A stretch of DNA of 64,000 nucleotides from positions 21,214-85,213 of the forward strand of contig CAKPMC010000004.1 in NCBI GenBank assembly GCA_934167875.1. The letters are read 5' to 3'. Within the stretch, counting starts at the first letter, position 1. The number at the start of each line of letters is the position of its first letter. This document shows, piece after piece, positions 1 through 10,185 of the stretch. Made by a program: the position numbers and the translations under genes. Origin of the DNA: an uncultured Bacilli bacterium (GTDB lineage Bacteria > Bacillota_I > Bacilli_A > RF39 > UBA660). Below the pieces are notes generated by a model. That model saw nothing but the letters and a program-made list of their open reading frames with translations. It had not been told where the DNA came from and made no database searches.

Positions 1-175
1 GCAAAATAACTTCAATAATACTAATAATTTGATTAGTTATATTACTACTAGTAAAAATAGTATAAAACATATTAGTAACAGTAGAAACTAAAGCTAAAGC
101 TAAACAAAAGTAAATAAATATTTGTAAAAATCTCTCTTTTTTGGTATTACCAATTCCATCAAAATTATTATTCAT
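1..175 (-). CDS. hypothetical membrane protein, N-terminal part (gene continues beyond window start)
   Basis: Reverse-complement ORF starts with ATG near 175, preceded by a GAGGGA RBS. It translates to MNNNFDGIGNTKKERFLQIFIYFCLALALV..., which is hydrophobic and open to the window edge. Confidence 0.45.
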   Translation of the reverse strand, partial: MNNNFDGIGNTKKERFLQIFIYFCLALALVSTVTNMFYTIFTSSNITNQIISIIEVIL

Positions 176-321
176 AACATCCCTCTATTCTATAAATATT
201 ATATAATAATTATTTAATTCTAACAAGTTAATAAAAAGTTGAATTATGGTAAAAAATGAAAATTTAGTGAAATGTTTTATTACTAATAGAAATTGTGATA
301 TAATAACTACATTAGAAATGA

Positions 322-2229
322 GTGTTGTATATGAAAAAAGTAAAACAGTTATTAAATAATGTAGTAGTTAGAAATTTATTTATTATAGCTGGAATGTTTA
401 TGTCATTTTATATTTTAGATGTAGCATTAAGAATATTTTCTAATCAATATGTTGGATTTTATCGCTGGATTCATTATTCACCAAATCTATTTACATTTAG
501 TTGGATATTTTTATTTATAGGAGTTTTATATCTCTTACCTAAAAAGGCCAAAATGATTACTTATAGTATTTTAGTAATAATAAGTAATATACTAGTTTAT
601 GCTGAGTATTTACATTATAGTATTTTGAAACGCTTTTTTACTTTCAGTGATATTTTACTAACCAAAGAGGGTAGCGATTACTTTTTATATGCTATCAGTA
701 AAACAAGTTTTAAAATTATTTTAATAATTATTATTTCCTTATTATGCATGGTAATTACTTTATATTTAATTAAGAAAACAGAAGAAATAAGTAAAAATAA
801 ATATTATTATTTAAGTATGATATTGTTAACTATCGCTTTAGTAAGTGGTACTAGAATGTTAGCTATACATAAACTAGGAAAAGCTTCTGATCCACTAACA
901 TGGGAAGCATCATATAAACCTAAAAACGTTTATTTAGACTTTAATAATCAAAATAAGAGTTTAGAAACAAGTGGTATATACGAATTAATATTTAGAAGTA
1001 CATATTTATATTTTAAAGATAATGTTTTATTAAATAAAAATAAAATGATTGATGAAATTAATGACGAAATTAACACTAATAAAAAGTTATCTTCACTTGT
1101 CATGAGTAATGTTGATGATGATAATTATTATGGTATTTTAAAAGGTAAAAACGTTATTTATGTTTTGATGGAATCAATAGACTCTTGGTTAGTAACTAAA
1201 GATGTAATGCCAACTTTATATAATTTGGAGCAGACAGGTCTTAATTTTACTAATCGATACTCACCATCATTTGGTGGCGGTCAAACTATAAATTCAGAAT
1301 TTGCCATGAACACTGGTTTATATGCTGTAGAAAATAGTAAAGCTATATATAATTATGATAAAAATGACTTTTCAGCATCACTAGCTAATAAGCTTAAAGA
1401 AAATAATTATAGTGCCATATCTATTCATACTAATACAGGAAGTTTTTATAATCGAACTTATTTTCATCAAGCACTAGGTTATGATAAACATTATGCTCTA
1501 GCAGATATGGGAAATATTAATCATACAGACTATAATTATTATAATGATAGTAGTTTAGTTAAAAATGATGAAGTTTATAATTTAATAGTAAGGGAAGAAC
1601 CATTCTTCAGTTTTATAATATCATACTCAGCTCATGTACCATATGATGATACTAATGATAGATGTATAAGTAACCCTTATAATCTAAATGTAGAAGGTAA
1701 TAAAGAATTATCATGTATTCGTAATTTAGCTCACGAAACTGATGAAATGTTAAGAATACTAATTGAAAGACTTAAAAAAGATAATTTATTAGATAATACT
1801 GTTTTAGTTTTAGCTACTGATCATTATGCTTATGGTTATGGTGATCAAGCTTCTATAAAAAAATATAAAAATACTAATAATGATTATCTACTACAGAAAG
1901 TACCATTAGTAATATGGAGTCCTAATTTAAAACATAATAATATTGATACATTAATGGATACAGCTGATATCCTACCAACCTTACTATATATGATGGGAAT
2001 AGATTATAATGAAAATTATTATATAGGAACCAATGTATTTAGTAGTAATCATGATAATTTTGTTTACTTCTCAAGTGACACTTTCTATGATGGAAAAACA
2101 TTATATGATAGTAATACCAAAAATATTAATAATGTTAATATTGATGAGACTATAAAAACTATTAGGAAGAAAATAGATTTAAATAATAAGTTTATTATTA
2201 GTGATTACTTTAAGTCAGTACGCGATTAA
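322..2229 (+). CDS. LTA synthase (LtaS)-family protein / sulfatase-domain phosphoglycerol transferase; N-terminal multi-TM domain plus extracytoplasmic sulfatase domain
   Basis: 635 aa with 5 N-terminal TM helices. The C-terminal domain carries sulfatase/LtaS-like motifs (YVLMESIDSW, SPSFGGGQTINSEFAMNTGLY, LATDHYAYG). The exact start is uncertain (alternative start; internal ATG at 331). Confidence 0.7.
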   Translation: MLYMKKVKQLLNNVVVRNLFIIAGMFMSFYILDVALRIFSNQYVGFYRWIHYSPNLFTFSWIFLFIGVLYLLPKKAKMITYSILVIISNILVYAEYLHYSILKRFFTFSDILLTKEGSDYFLYAISKTSFKIILIIIISLLCMVITLYLIKKTEEISKNKYYYLSMILLTIALVSGTRMLAIHKLGKASDPLTWEASYKPKNVYLDFNNQNKSLETSGIYELIFRSTYLYFKDNVLLNKNKMIDEINDEINTNKKLSSLVMSNVDDDNYYGILKGKNVIYVLMESIDSWLVTKDVMPTLYNLEQTGLNFTNRYSPSFGGGQTINSEFAMNTGLYAVENSKAIYNYDKNDFSASLANKLKENNYSAISIHTNTGSFYNRTYFHQALGYDKHYALADMGNINHTDYNYYNDSSLVKNDEVYNLIVREEPFFSFIISYSAHVPYDDTNDRCISNPYNLNVEGNKELSCIRNLAHETDEMLRILIERLKKDNLLDNTVLVLATDHYAYGYGDQASIKKYKNTNNDYLLQKVPLVIWSPNLKHNNIDTLMDTADILPTLLYMMGIDYNENYYIGTNVFSSNHDNFVYFSSDTFYDGKTLYDSNTKNINNVNIDETIKTIRKKIDLNNKFIISDYFKSVRD

Positions 2230-2262
2230 AAGTTAATGTCTAAAAAACATTAACTTTTTTTC
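2230..2262 (+). terminator. rho-independent terminator after the LtaS-like gene
   Basis: Hairpin aagttaatgt-ctaaaaa-acattaactt followed by a T-run. Confidence 0.65.
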
Positions 2263-2304
2263 TATATAATGTGATAGAATAAAAATATAGAAAGTAGTGA
2301 TAAC

Positions 2305-3945
2305 ATGAAAAAAGTAAAAGAAACAAGTATTTATCTTTTAATACTAATGAGTACTATTTTAATAGGGACAACTCTATTGTTTATGTGTAAAATAGGTTTA
2401 ACTATGTATCATCTTCCACTATTTATTATTCTAACTACAGTATTTTATTATATATTAAGAAAGAAAGATAGTATTACTGATATTATAAAGGTAGTAATTC
2501 TTTCTCTATTAATAATAATAGTAAGTACTTTAATATCTAGTTTTATGTACGATCGTTCCAGTGATGGTAATACTTATCATAAAGATGCAATAGGAGTACT
2601 AAAAGAAGGATATAATCCTGTTTATGAATCAAGTAAAGATTTTATAGAAAGACGAAATGATCCAAGCAAAGAATTAACTGCATATAGTATTTGGACTGAT
2701 CATTATGCAAAAGCTAATTGGATTATCGCCAGTAATTTTTATAGCTTAACTAATAATATTGAATCAGGTAAAGCTATGAATTTAATTAGTATGTATATCA
2801 TATTTGGTTTTATGTTTACTAGTATTTCTTTAGTCTTAGATAAGAAAAAATCTTTTATCTTGGCATTGATAATAACTATAAATCCCATAACTGCATCACA
2901 AATGTTTACATATTATAATGATCAACTTGTATGTTTATATTTATTTTTATCTATCTTATTTTTAATTAAATTAGACCACAATATAAAAGATAAAGAAACA
3001 TGGCTATTTTATATATTAACATTTATTATTTTAGCTAATATGAAATTTAACGGTTTAGGTTATCTTTTAGTATTTAGTTTTCTATTTGTATGTAGATATT
3101 TATATAAAGCTTATAAGCATAAAGAATTTGCTATCTTATTTAAAAAACTATCAATTATCTATATACCATTATTTATAATATCTCTATTAATAGTAGGTTA
3201 TCCAACATATGTAAAAAATACATTAGATCATAATAATCCCTTTTTTCCTCTATATGATAAAAATGGTGAGGATATCATCACAGCTCAACAACCTCGAAAA
3301 TTTTTAAAAATGAATAATTTAGAAAAACTATTTTATGGTACTTTTTCTAAAGCTAATAATTTAAGAGAAAACGATAATACTGATTTAAAAATACCATTTA
3401 CTATTTATAAAAGTGAATTATCACCTGCATGTTCAAATGATTTAAGAATTAGTGGTTGGGGAATATTCTTTAGTGGTTTACTATTATGTAGCATTATTAT
3501 TTTAATAAAATATTATAAGAATTATAAAAAAGAAAGTTGGATTTTATATACTTTAGCTATAACTAGTATCTTAATGATAGCAATGAGTGAATCATGGTGG
3601 GCTCGTTATACGCCACATTTTTACTTGTTTATTATTTTATCAATTTATATACTATTTAAATATAATAAATGTAAATTTATAAATATAATCTATTTATCTA
3701 TTATCATCATTAATACTTTAATTCCATTAGCTGGAAATAGTTATTATACTTTAAAAAATAGTATTCAAATTACTAAAGATTTAAATAATTTAAGAGGTAA
3801 AGAAATCTTAGTAAATATTAATGGTATGAATGGTATTATCTATAATTTAAAAGATCATGATATTAAATATATATTAAGTAATGAAACTAAATCAAATGAA
3901 TTATATTATCATTATCTAACTTATCAGGAGAAAACTTATGAATAA
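2305..3945 (+). CDS. polytopic integral membrane protein of the polysaccharide locus (function unknown; possibly polymerase/transferase)
   Basis: 546 aa with at least 10 hydrophobic helices. It overlaps the next gene by 8 nt, which suggests translational coupling. Confidence 0.4.
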   Translation: MKKVKETSIYLLILMSTILIGTTLLFMCKIGLTMYHLPLFIILTTVFYYILRKKDSITDIIKVVILSLLIIIVSTLISSFMYDRSSDGNTYHKDAIGVLKEGYNPVYESSKDFIERRNDPSKELTAYSIWTDHYAKANWIIASNFYSLTNNIESGKAMNLISMYIIFGFMFTSISLVLDKKKSFILALIITINPITASQMFTYYNDQLVCLYLFLSILFLIKLDHNIKDKETWLFYILTFIILANMKFNGLGYLLVFSFLFVCRYLYKAYKHKEFAILFKKLSIIYIPLFIISLLIVGYPTYVKNTLDHNNPFFPLYDKNGEDIITAQQPRKFLKMNNLEKLFYGTFSKANNLRENDNTDLKIPFTIYKSELSPACSNDLRISGWGIFFSGLLLCSIIILIKYYKNYKKESWILYTLAITSILMIAMSESWWARYTPHFYLFIILSIYILFKYNKCKFINIIYLSIIIINTLIPLAGNSYYTLKNSIQITKDLNNLRGKEILVNINGMNGIIYNLKDHDIKYILSNETKSNELYYHYLTYQEKTYE

Positions 3946-5086
3946 AAAACTAAATTTATTAGTTATCATTTTCTTATTATTAAATCCTATATTAGATGTA
4001 ACTAGTTTTTTAAACTTACCATTTAGTATTATCATAAGAAGTTTGTTTTTAGTTAGTATAGTATTATATTTATTTATAAATAAAAAGGAATTAAAACTAT
4101 TAATACCATTATTAATATTTAGTATTATTAGTTTTATCTACCAATATTTCTATTTGAAATTTGGTTTAACTGAAACAGTATCATCAATTTTTAAATTTTT
4201 ATATTTACCAGTTTCAATATTATTTTTTAAAAACTATTCATTAGCTGCTGAAAAAAGTAAAATTGAAACTATTATTTTAATTACTTATTTAGGAATCTAT
4301 TTATTTTCATATCTTTTTAAAATAGGGGCTAATGCTTATTTACCTACCGATGGTAAAAGTGGTTTTAAAGGTTTATTTTCATCAATCAATGAATTTAGTG
4401 CTATCATAGTATGCTTACTTCCTATTGCGGTTAATTATTTGAGATCAAAGAAAAACTATAAAGTATTAATTATAATTCTTATTTGCAGTTCAATAGCTAG
4501 TCTATTAATAGGAACAAAGGTATTAATGGGTGGCATTATTTTTACTATCTTATATTTAATATGGAATGAAAAAAATTTTTTTCTAAGACAAAGTAAAAAA
4601 ATCAAAATAATGGTTATTTCCTTATTTGTTATTTTAATAACGATTAGTGGCTTTTTATTTACTAAAACTAGAACTTATAAAAATATGCAAGTTCAACAAG
4701 ATTTCTTTAAAGTAGATAATATTTTTTCTCTTGAATTTATTAATAGGGTAATTTATAACGACAGATTAACATTTTTAGATGATAATTATACTTACTATAA
4801 AAATCAAAATATAGATAAAAAATTATTAGGTATATCTATTAATAATAACGATATTAAAATGGTTGAAATAGATATCTTTGATATTTTATTTAGATATGGT
4901 ATAGTAGGTATTATATTATTTGTTAGCAGTATTATAACTATTAACTTTAAAGAAATAAAAGTTTATGATAAGATTTCAATGATACTACTAGTTATTATTT
5001 CACTAACTTCTGGTCATGTTTTAATATATCCAGCTGTTAGTATCTATTTTTCACTAGCTGTAGCTAAAGATAAAGAAGGTGATTGA
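3938..5086 (+). CDS. O-antigen polymerase/ligase (Wzy/WaaL)-like membrane protein
   Basis: 382 aa, multi-TM with a larger periplasmic-type loop near the C-terminus. Its position between a membrane protein and a GT2 gene fits a polymerase. Confidence 0.4.
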   Translation: MNKKLNLLVIIFLLLNPILDVTSFLNLPFSIIIRSLFLVSIVLYLFINKKELKLLIPLLIFSIISFIYQYFYLKFGLTETVSSIFKFLYLPVSILFFKNYSLAAEKSKIETIILITYLGIYLFSYLFKIGANAYLPTDGKSGFKGLFSSINEFSAIIVCLLPIAVNYLRSKKNYKVLIIILICSSIASLLIGTKVLMGGIIFTILYLIWNEKNFFLRQSKKIKIMVISLFVILITISGFLFTKTRTYKNMQVQQDFFKVDNIFSLEFINRVIYNDRLTFLDDNYTYYKNQNIDKKLLGISINNNDIKMVEIDIFDILFRYGIVGIILFVSSIITINFKEIKVYDKISMILLVIISLTSGHVLIYPAVSIYFSLAVAKDKEGD

Positions 5087-5960
5087 CTTGAAAACAGGTT
5101 TAATAATTATTCATTATAATGACTATGAATCAGTAAAAAAACTAATAGATAATGTAAAAGATTATAAGGTATTGGATAAAATTATTATTTATGATAATCA
5201 CTCTAAAGAGGATATTATAAAAAAATTAAAGAAACTATCTTCTGGTAAAATAGAAGTAGTTGTTAATGATGAAAATAAAGGTTATGCTTATGCTATCAAT
5301 GATGCCAGTAAATATTTAATTAATAAATTAGGAAAATGTAATATTATCATTTCAAATAGTGATATTATTATAGATAAAGAAGAAGATATAAAGGATTTGA
5401 TTAAATTATTAAATAAAAAAGATGTTGGTTTAGTAGCACCAACTATTTTAGAAAAAGGTCATTTGAATAGAGGATGGAAAAATCCTGGGCCTATATTAGA
5501 TAGTATGATGAATTTAATTTATGTACATCGCTTCTTTAGAAAAAAATATGTTTTTTATAAAGAAGAACACTATACTGGTGATACAAGCTATATCGATGTG
5601 GCCAGTGGTTGTTTCTTTTTAATGAAATCAGATATTTTAGAAAGTATTAACTATTTAGATGAAAATACTTTTCTATATTATGAAGAAAATATTCTAGCTA
5701 AAAAATTATTAAAAATTAATAAAAAAGAGCTACTAGCAAATAATATTATCGTTATTCATAATCATTCAGTATCTATTGACAAAAATATCAATAAAATAAA
5801 AAAATTAAAACTACAAAAGAAAAGTCAGTATTATTTTCAAAAAACATATAACCATGCCAATTTATTTGAAAGATGTTTATTAAAAGCTAGTGCTTTTATT
5901 AGCAGAATAATTTTAGCAGTAGTTTATTTTATAAAAGATTTGATTAAAAGGTCACATTAA
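5079..5960 (+). CDS. glycosyltransferase family 2
   Basis: N-terminal GT2 signature (IIIHYNDYES...IIYDNHSKED). GTG start overlaps the upstream stop. Confidence 0.65.
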   Translation: MIDLKTGLIIIHYNDYESVKKLIDNVKDYKVLDKIIIYDNHSKEDIIKKLKKLSSGKIEVVVNDENKGYAYAINDASKYLINKLGKCNIIISNSDIIIDKEEDIKDLIKLLNKKDVGLVAPTILEKGHLNRGWKNPGPILDSMMNLIYVHRFFRKKYVFYKEEHYTGDTSYIDVASGCFFLMKSDILESINYLDENTFLYYEENILAKKLLKINKKELLANNIIVIHNHSVSIDKNINKIKKLKLQKKSQYYFQKTYNHANLFERCLLKASAFISRIILAVVYFIKDLIKRSH

Positions 5961-6004
5961 GAATTAAAATTTATATATTTTTATAAATTGAATAATATTT
6001 ATAG

Positions 6005-6054
6005 AACCAATTTTAAATTTCCATTAGATAGATTTTTAAAATTGGTTTTTGTTT
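6005..6054 (+). terminator. 13-bp perfect inverted repeat hairpin followed by a T-run (terminator or regulatory hairpin)
   Basis: aaccaattttaaa...(16-nt loop)...tttaaaattggtt followed by tttgtttt. Confidence 0.45.
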
Positions 6055-6058
6055 TGAA

Positions 6059-6350
6059 TTCAATATGGAGAAAATCAAGAATTATTGGTACAATTCAGAT
6101 AGAAAAAAGGTTAATGAATATAAGCATTTAATTATGCTTGATTTAGATCAAGATAACCTAGATAAAATATCGATAGGGGATGATAAAGAAGATAGCTTAT
6201 GAAGATGGACTTGAACAAGGCACTGAACAAAGAAATATAGAAATAGCCAAAAATCTTATAAGTTTAGGTACAATTACATTAGAAGATATATCTAAAACTA
6301 CAGGATTAAGTGTAGAAAAATTAACTAATTTAAGTAGCGCAAAATAAAAT
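6059..6350 (+). pseudogene. remnant of an Rpn/YhgA-family (putative transposase / PD-(D/E)XK nuclease) gene; C-terminal tail only
   Basis: A short ORF ends ...EDGLEQGTEQRNIEIAKNLISLGTITLEDISKTTGLSVEKLTNLSSAK*. This matches the C-terminal motif of the intact Rpn-like gene at 52555 (EGIAEGKKKQQHEIAKKMINKGMDLSSIFELTGLSIEEIKKL). The upstream part is interrupted by stop codons. Confidence 0.5.
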
Positions 6351-6353
6351 TAT

Positions 6354-6382
6354 TCGACAAATTCTAATTTTTATCATATAAT
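6354..6382 (+). promoter_or_regulatory. sigma-A type promoter for glmS leader (TCGACA - 17 nt - TATAAT)
   Basis: Near-consensus -35 and -10 hexamers with a 17-nt spacer, located just upstream of the ribozyme. Confidence 0.55.
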
Positions 6383-6404
6383 GTAGTAAAGCTTTATCAT
6401 AGAA

Positions 6405-6560
6405 AGGATAAGATAAAGTTAGCGCCAGGTCCTAAGTGATGACGAGGATAGTAATTATCGAAATACTCGGCGGATGTTACTACGTAATAATGGAAACGTT
6501 AGAATTATTGAAAAAACAAAATCAATATTGTAACAAATAATAATTCTCCATATTTTTTTG
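6405..6560 (+). ncRNA. glmS ribozyme (GlcN6P-responsive self-cleaving riboswitch) in the glmS 5' leader
   Basis: Conserved core AGCGCCAGGUCCUAAGUGAUGACGAGGAUAGUAAUUAUCGAAAUACUCGGCGGAUG. It matches glmS ribozyme consensus elements (AGCGCCAG...GACGAGG...UUAUCGAA...UCGGCGGAUG) and lies directly upstream of glmS. Confidence 0.75.
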
Positions 6561-6576
6561 TATGGAGGATTTTTAT

Positions 6577-8355
6577 ATGTGTGGAATTATTGGATACATA
6601 GGAAAAGATAAATGTATTCCTAATATTATTAGTGGTTTAGAGTCTCTTGAATATAGAGGCTATGACAGTAGTGGTATTGCCTATATGTTAAATGATAAGA
6701 TAAAAATAGAAAAAGAAGTAGGCAAAATAGAAAATTTAAAAAAGATAATTAATATTGATGAAGAAAGCTATCTAGGAATTGGTCATACTAGATGGGCTAC
6801 TCATGGAAAACCATGTAAAGTAAATAGTCATCCACATCAAAGTGGTAAAGTAACACTTGTCCATAATGGTATTATTGAAAATTATGAAGAATTAAAAAAG
6901 AAATTAAAAGATTATAATTATATTAGTGAAACCGATAGCGAAGTTGTTGCAGCCTTAATTGATTATCTTTATAAACAAGAAAAAGATATGATAAAGGTAT
7001 TAAATAACTTGAAAGATTATTTAATAGGTAGTTATGCTTTAGGTATATTAATAGAAAATGATGATAAATTATATGCTATTCGTAAAAATAGTCCTTTAAT
7101 TATAGGTGTAAGTGAAAATGGTAATTTTATAGCTAGTGATGTACCTGCTATATTAAAATATACTAATAAGTATTATTTATTAGATAACGATGAATATGTT
7201 ATTTTAGAAAAGGATAAAGTAACTATCTATAATAATGGTAAGATAGTAAAAAAAGAATTACTTACTTTTGAAGGCAGCATGGACAGTGCTATGAAAAATG
7301 GCTATGACCACTTTATGTTAAAAGAAATTTATGAGCAAAAGGAAGTAATTACAAAAACAATAAAAAAATATTTAGATATTAATAACTTAAATGAGTTATT
7401 AAACGGTCTAGAAGATTATACTGGTATTGATATTATAGGTTGTGGTAGTAGTTATCATGTTGGTTTAGCTAGTAAAAGTTTAATTACTAAATATGGAAAA
7501 ATACCAGTAAATGTAGAAATAGCATCAGAATATCGCTATACAGAACATTTTTATACTAAAAATCATTTAGTTATTTTAATCAGTCAATCTGGTGAGACAG
7601 CTGATAGTTTAGCTGTTTTAAGACAAGTAAAAGAGAAGAATATTGCTACTTTAGCTATCGTAAATGTAGTGGGTTCATCTATTGCTAGAGAATCAGATAA
7701 AGTAATATATACCAAAGCTGGTCCAGAAATATCAGTAGCTACAACTAAAGCTTACTCTTGTCAATTTATTATTTTATCTTTAATAGCCTTCTACTTAGGT
7801 CTAAAAAACAATTTACTAAAAGAAGAAGATATAAAAGTATATTATGATTTAGAAAAAGAAATAGCTAAGATTTTAGAAGTTACTAGCGACACCGAAGAAG
7901 TAGCTAACATGATTCATGATAAAAAAGATATTTTCTATTTAGGAAGAAAAATTGATTATAGTTTGTGTATGGAAGCATCTCTTAAATTAAAAGAAATAAG
8001 TTATTTGCATAGTGAAGCTTATGCTGCTGGTGAATTAAAACATGGTACTATTAGTTTAATTGAAGAAAATACACCAGTAATTAGTATTATTACCGATGAC
8101 TCTATTGCTTTAAAAACACTTAGTAATGTAAAAGAAGTATGTGCTAGGGGTGCTATGAGTATTATTATTAGTAATCAAAAAATAGAAGATAAAAATGTTT
8201 ATCAAAAATTAATATTAGTATCTAAAGTATCAGAATTTATTGAACCACTTTTAGTAATAATTAAGTGTCAATTAATTGCTTACTATGTAGCTAAAATGAA
8301 TGGTTGTGATATTGATAAACCAAGAAACTTAGCTAAAAGTGTAACTGTTGAATAA
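6577..8355 (+). CDS. glmS: glutamine--fructose-6-phosphate aminotransferase (isomerizing)
   Basis: Starts MCGIIGYIG (N-terminal Cys of class-II glutamine amidotransferases). Two SIS domains follow, and the C-terminal ...KSVTVE is typical of GlmS. The track ORF begins 15 nt upstream; the real start is taken as the ATG of MCGIIG. Confidence 0.92.
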   Translation: MCGIIGYIGKDKCIPNIISGLESLEYRGYDSSGIAYMLNDKIKIEKEVGKIENLKKIINIDEESYLGIGHTRWATHGKPCKVNSHPHQSGKVTLVHNGIIENYEELKKKLKDYNYISETDSEVVAALIDYLYKQEKDMIKVLNNLKDYLIGSYALGILIENDDKLYAIRKNSPLIIGVSENGNFIASDVPAILKYTNKYYLLDNDEYVILEKDKVTIYNNGKIVKKELLTFEGSMDSAMKNGYDHFMLKEIYEQKEVITKTIKKYLDINNLNELLNGLEDYTGIDIIGCGSSYHVGLASKSLITKYGKIPVNVEIASEYRYTEHFYTKNHLVILISQSGETADSLAVLRQVKEKNIATLAIVNVVGSSIARESDKVIYTKAGPEISVATTKAYSCQFIILSLIAFYLGLKNNLLKEEDIKVYYDLEKEIAKILEVTSDTEEVANMIHDKKDIFYLGRKIDYSLCMEASLKLKEISYLHSEAYAAGELKHGTISLIEENTPVISIITDDSIALKTLSNVKEVCARGAMSIIISNQKIEDKNVYQKLILVSKVSEFIEPLLVIIKCQLIAYYVAKMNGCDIDKPRNLAKSVTVE

Positions 8356-8547
8356 AATTTATAGAATCAATAACCATATATATATTATTATATTATTAAT
8401 AATAAAAATTAGATTAAAACAGCCATGATTAGATGACATAAAAAGAGTGTATGATAAAGTAAATAATCTAAATATTTGATAACCATTTTAAAATTTTATG
8501 AATTGTTAATAAATAAAAAACAATTAAATACTATAGAAGTAGGTAAA

Positions 8548-8585
8548 AAAACGTCATATTTCTTGAGATATGTCGTTTTTTGTTT
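8548..8585 (+). terminator. rho-independent terminator (probable glmS 3' end or attenuator before the ABC transporter genes)
   Basis: aacgtcatat-ttcttgag-atatgtcgtt followed by TTTTTTGTTTT. Confidence 0.5.
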
Positions 8586-8636
8586 TATACTTATTATAGC
8601 TATTCATTAGAAGTAAAAAATAGAAAGAGTGATAAT

Positions 8637-9389
8637 ATGAGTAAAAAAAGTAAGCAAACATCTACTATTGCAATTAAAGTAGAACATGTGTCTAAACAAT
8701 TTAAATTGTTTTATGATAAACACTATACACTAAAAGAAAAACTTGTTTTTTGGAAAAGTAAAAAATCTGAATTACATAAAGTATTAAATGATATTAACTT
8801 AGAAATAGAAAAAGGTGAGTCTGTCGCTTTAATAGGCGTTAATGGTAGTGGAAAAAGTACACTCTTAAAATTAATGACTAAAATTATATATCCAACATCA
8901 GGAGAAATTCAAATAAATGGTAAATTAACATCACTGTTAGAACTAGGAGCCGGTTTTCATCCTGATTTTACAGGTAGAGAAAATATTTATTTTAATGCCT
9001 CTATTTTTGGATTAACTGCCAAAGATATAGATTCAAGAATTAGAGAAATAATAGATTTTTCAGAATTAGGTGATTTAATAGATAGTCCTGTTAGAACATA
9101 TTCATCCGGCCAATATATGAGGCTTGCATTTTCAGTAGCAATTAATGTTGATGCTGAAATACTATTAATAGATGAAATTTTAGCCGTTGGCGATCAACAC
9201 TTCCAAGATAAATGCTTTAATAAACTAATGGAGTTAAAGAATAGTGGAAAAACTATAGTCATAGTAAGCCATAGCCTAGGATCAATTCAAAGATTTTGTG
9301 ATAGGGCAGTATGGTTGAATAATGGTAGAGTTCAAATGGATGGAGAAATAGATAAAGTAATTTCAGAATATTTAAAGGTGTGTGGATAG
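8637..9389 (+). CDS. ABC transporter ATP-binding protein, polysaccharide/teichoic acid export type (TagH/Wzt-like)
   Basis: Walker A GVNGSGKST, signature YSSGQYMRLAF and Walker B ILLIDE. Start chosen at MSKKSKQ (track ORF starts 57 nt earlier, inside the terminator). Confidence 0.8.
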   Translation: MSKKSKQTSTIAIKVEHVSKQFKLFYDKHYTLKEKLVFWKSKKSELHKVLNDINLEIEKGESVALIGVNGSGKSTLLKLMTKIIYPTSGEIQINGKLTSLLELGAGFHPDFTGRENIYFNASIFGLTAKDIDSRIREIIDFSELGDLIDSPVRTYSSGQYMRLAFSVAINVDAEILLIDEILAVGDQHFQDKCFNKLMELKNSGKTIVIVSHSLGSIQRFCDRAVWLNNGRVQMDGEIDKVISEYLKVCG

Positions 9390-10170
9390 TATGAAAAATT
9401 TAATAAATAATTTATATAATTATCGCCAATTATTAAAAAGTAATGTAAAAAAAGAAATAAGAGGTAAGTACAAAGGATCATTTCTTGGAGTTTTATGGTC
9501 ATTTGTAAACCCATTGCTGACAACCTTAGTTTATGCAATTGTATTTCCAATAATATTGAAAAATCCAGAACCACATTACGTTACTTTTATTGTAATTGGT
9601 ATTCTTCCATGGACATATTTTACAACAGTAATTATGCAAGGAACAACAACGGTATTAATGAATGCAGGAATCATAAAAAAAGTGTATTTTCCAAGGGAAA
9701 TATTACCAATCTCGATAAATTTTAGTGGATTAGTAAATTTCTTGATTTCATGTTTAATAATATTTATATTTTTAATTTGCAGTGGTATAGGATTTAGCTG
9801 GTATATATTATTTTTACCACTAATAGTAATAACACAATTCATTCTACAACAAGGAATAATTTTTATTACAAGTGCTATTAATGTATATATTAGGGATGCA
9901 GAATATATTATAAATTTCATAATTAGTATGTTATTTTATGCAACACCAATTTTATACTCATCAGAATTATTTATTAATAGTTCATTAGAGTGGATAATGT
10001 ATTTAAACCCAATGGCTACAATTATTAACTGCTATAGAGATATCCTATTTTATCAATCAATACCACATATAAAGTCACTATTAGTAGTATTAATAGGAAG
10101 TTGTATTCTATGTTTCATTGGACTAAAAGTATTTAAAAAATTAGAAAAAGGTTTTGCAGAAGAAGTATAG
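9382..10170 (+). CDS. ABC-2 type transporter permease (TagG/Wzm-like)
   Basis: 262 aa with 6 TM helices. It overlaps the ATPase gene by 8 nt. Family assignment rests on TM topology and the 8-nt coupling to the upstream TagH-like ATPase; no ABC-2 motif was read. Confidence 0.75.
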   Translation: MDSMKNLINNLYNYRQLLKSNVKKEIRGKYKGSFLGVLWSFVNPLLTTLVYAIVFPIILKNPEPHYVTFIVIGILPWTYFTTVIMQGTTTVLMNAGIIKKVYFPREILPISINFSGLVNFLISCLIIFIFLICSGIGFSWYILFLPLIVITQFILQQGIIFITSAINVYIRDAEYIINFIISMLFYATPILYSSELFINSSLEWIMYLNPMATIINCYRDILFYQSIPHIKSLLVVLIGSCILCFIGLKVFKKLEKGFAEEV

Positions 10171-10185
10171 AAAGCAGGTGTTTGA

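Noticed and set aside
9332-9920. Minus-strand ORFs of 80 and 114 aa, and a plus-strand 76-aa ORF, overlapping the ABC transporter genes
   Set aside because: They lie entirely inside well-supported ATPase and permease genes. They have no RBS and their composition is typical of antisense frames in AT-rich DNA, so they are spurious.
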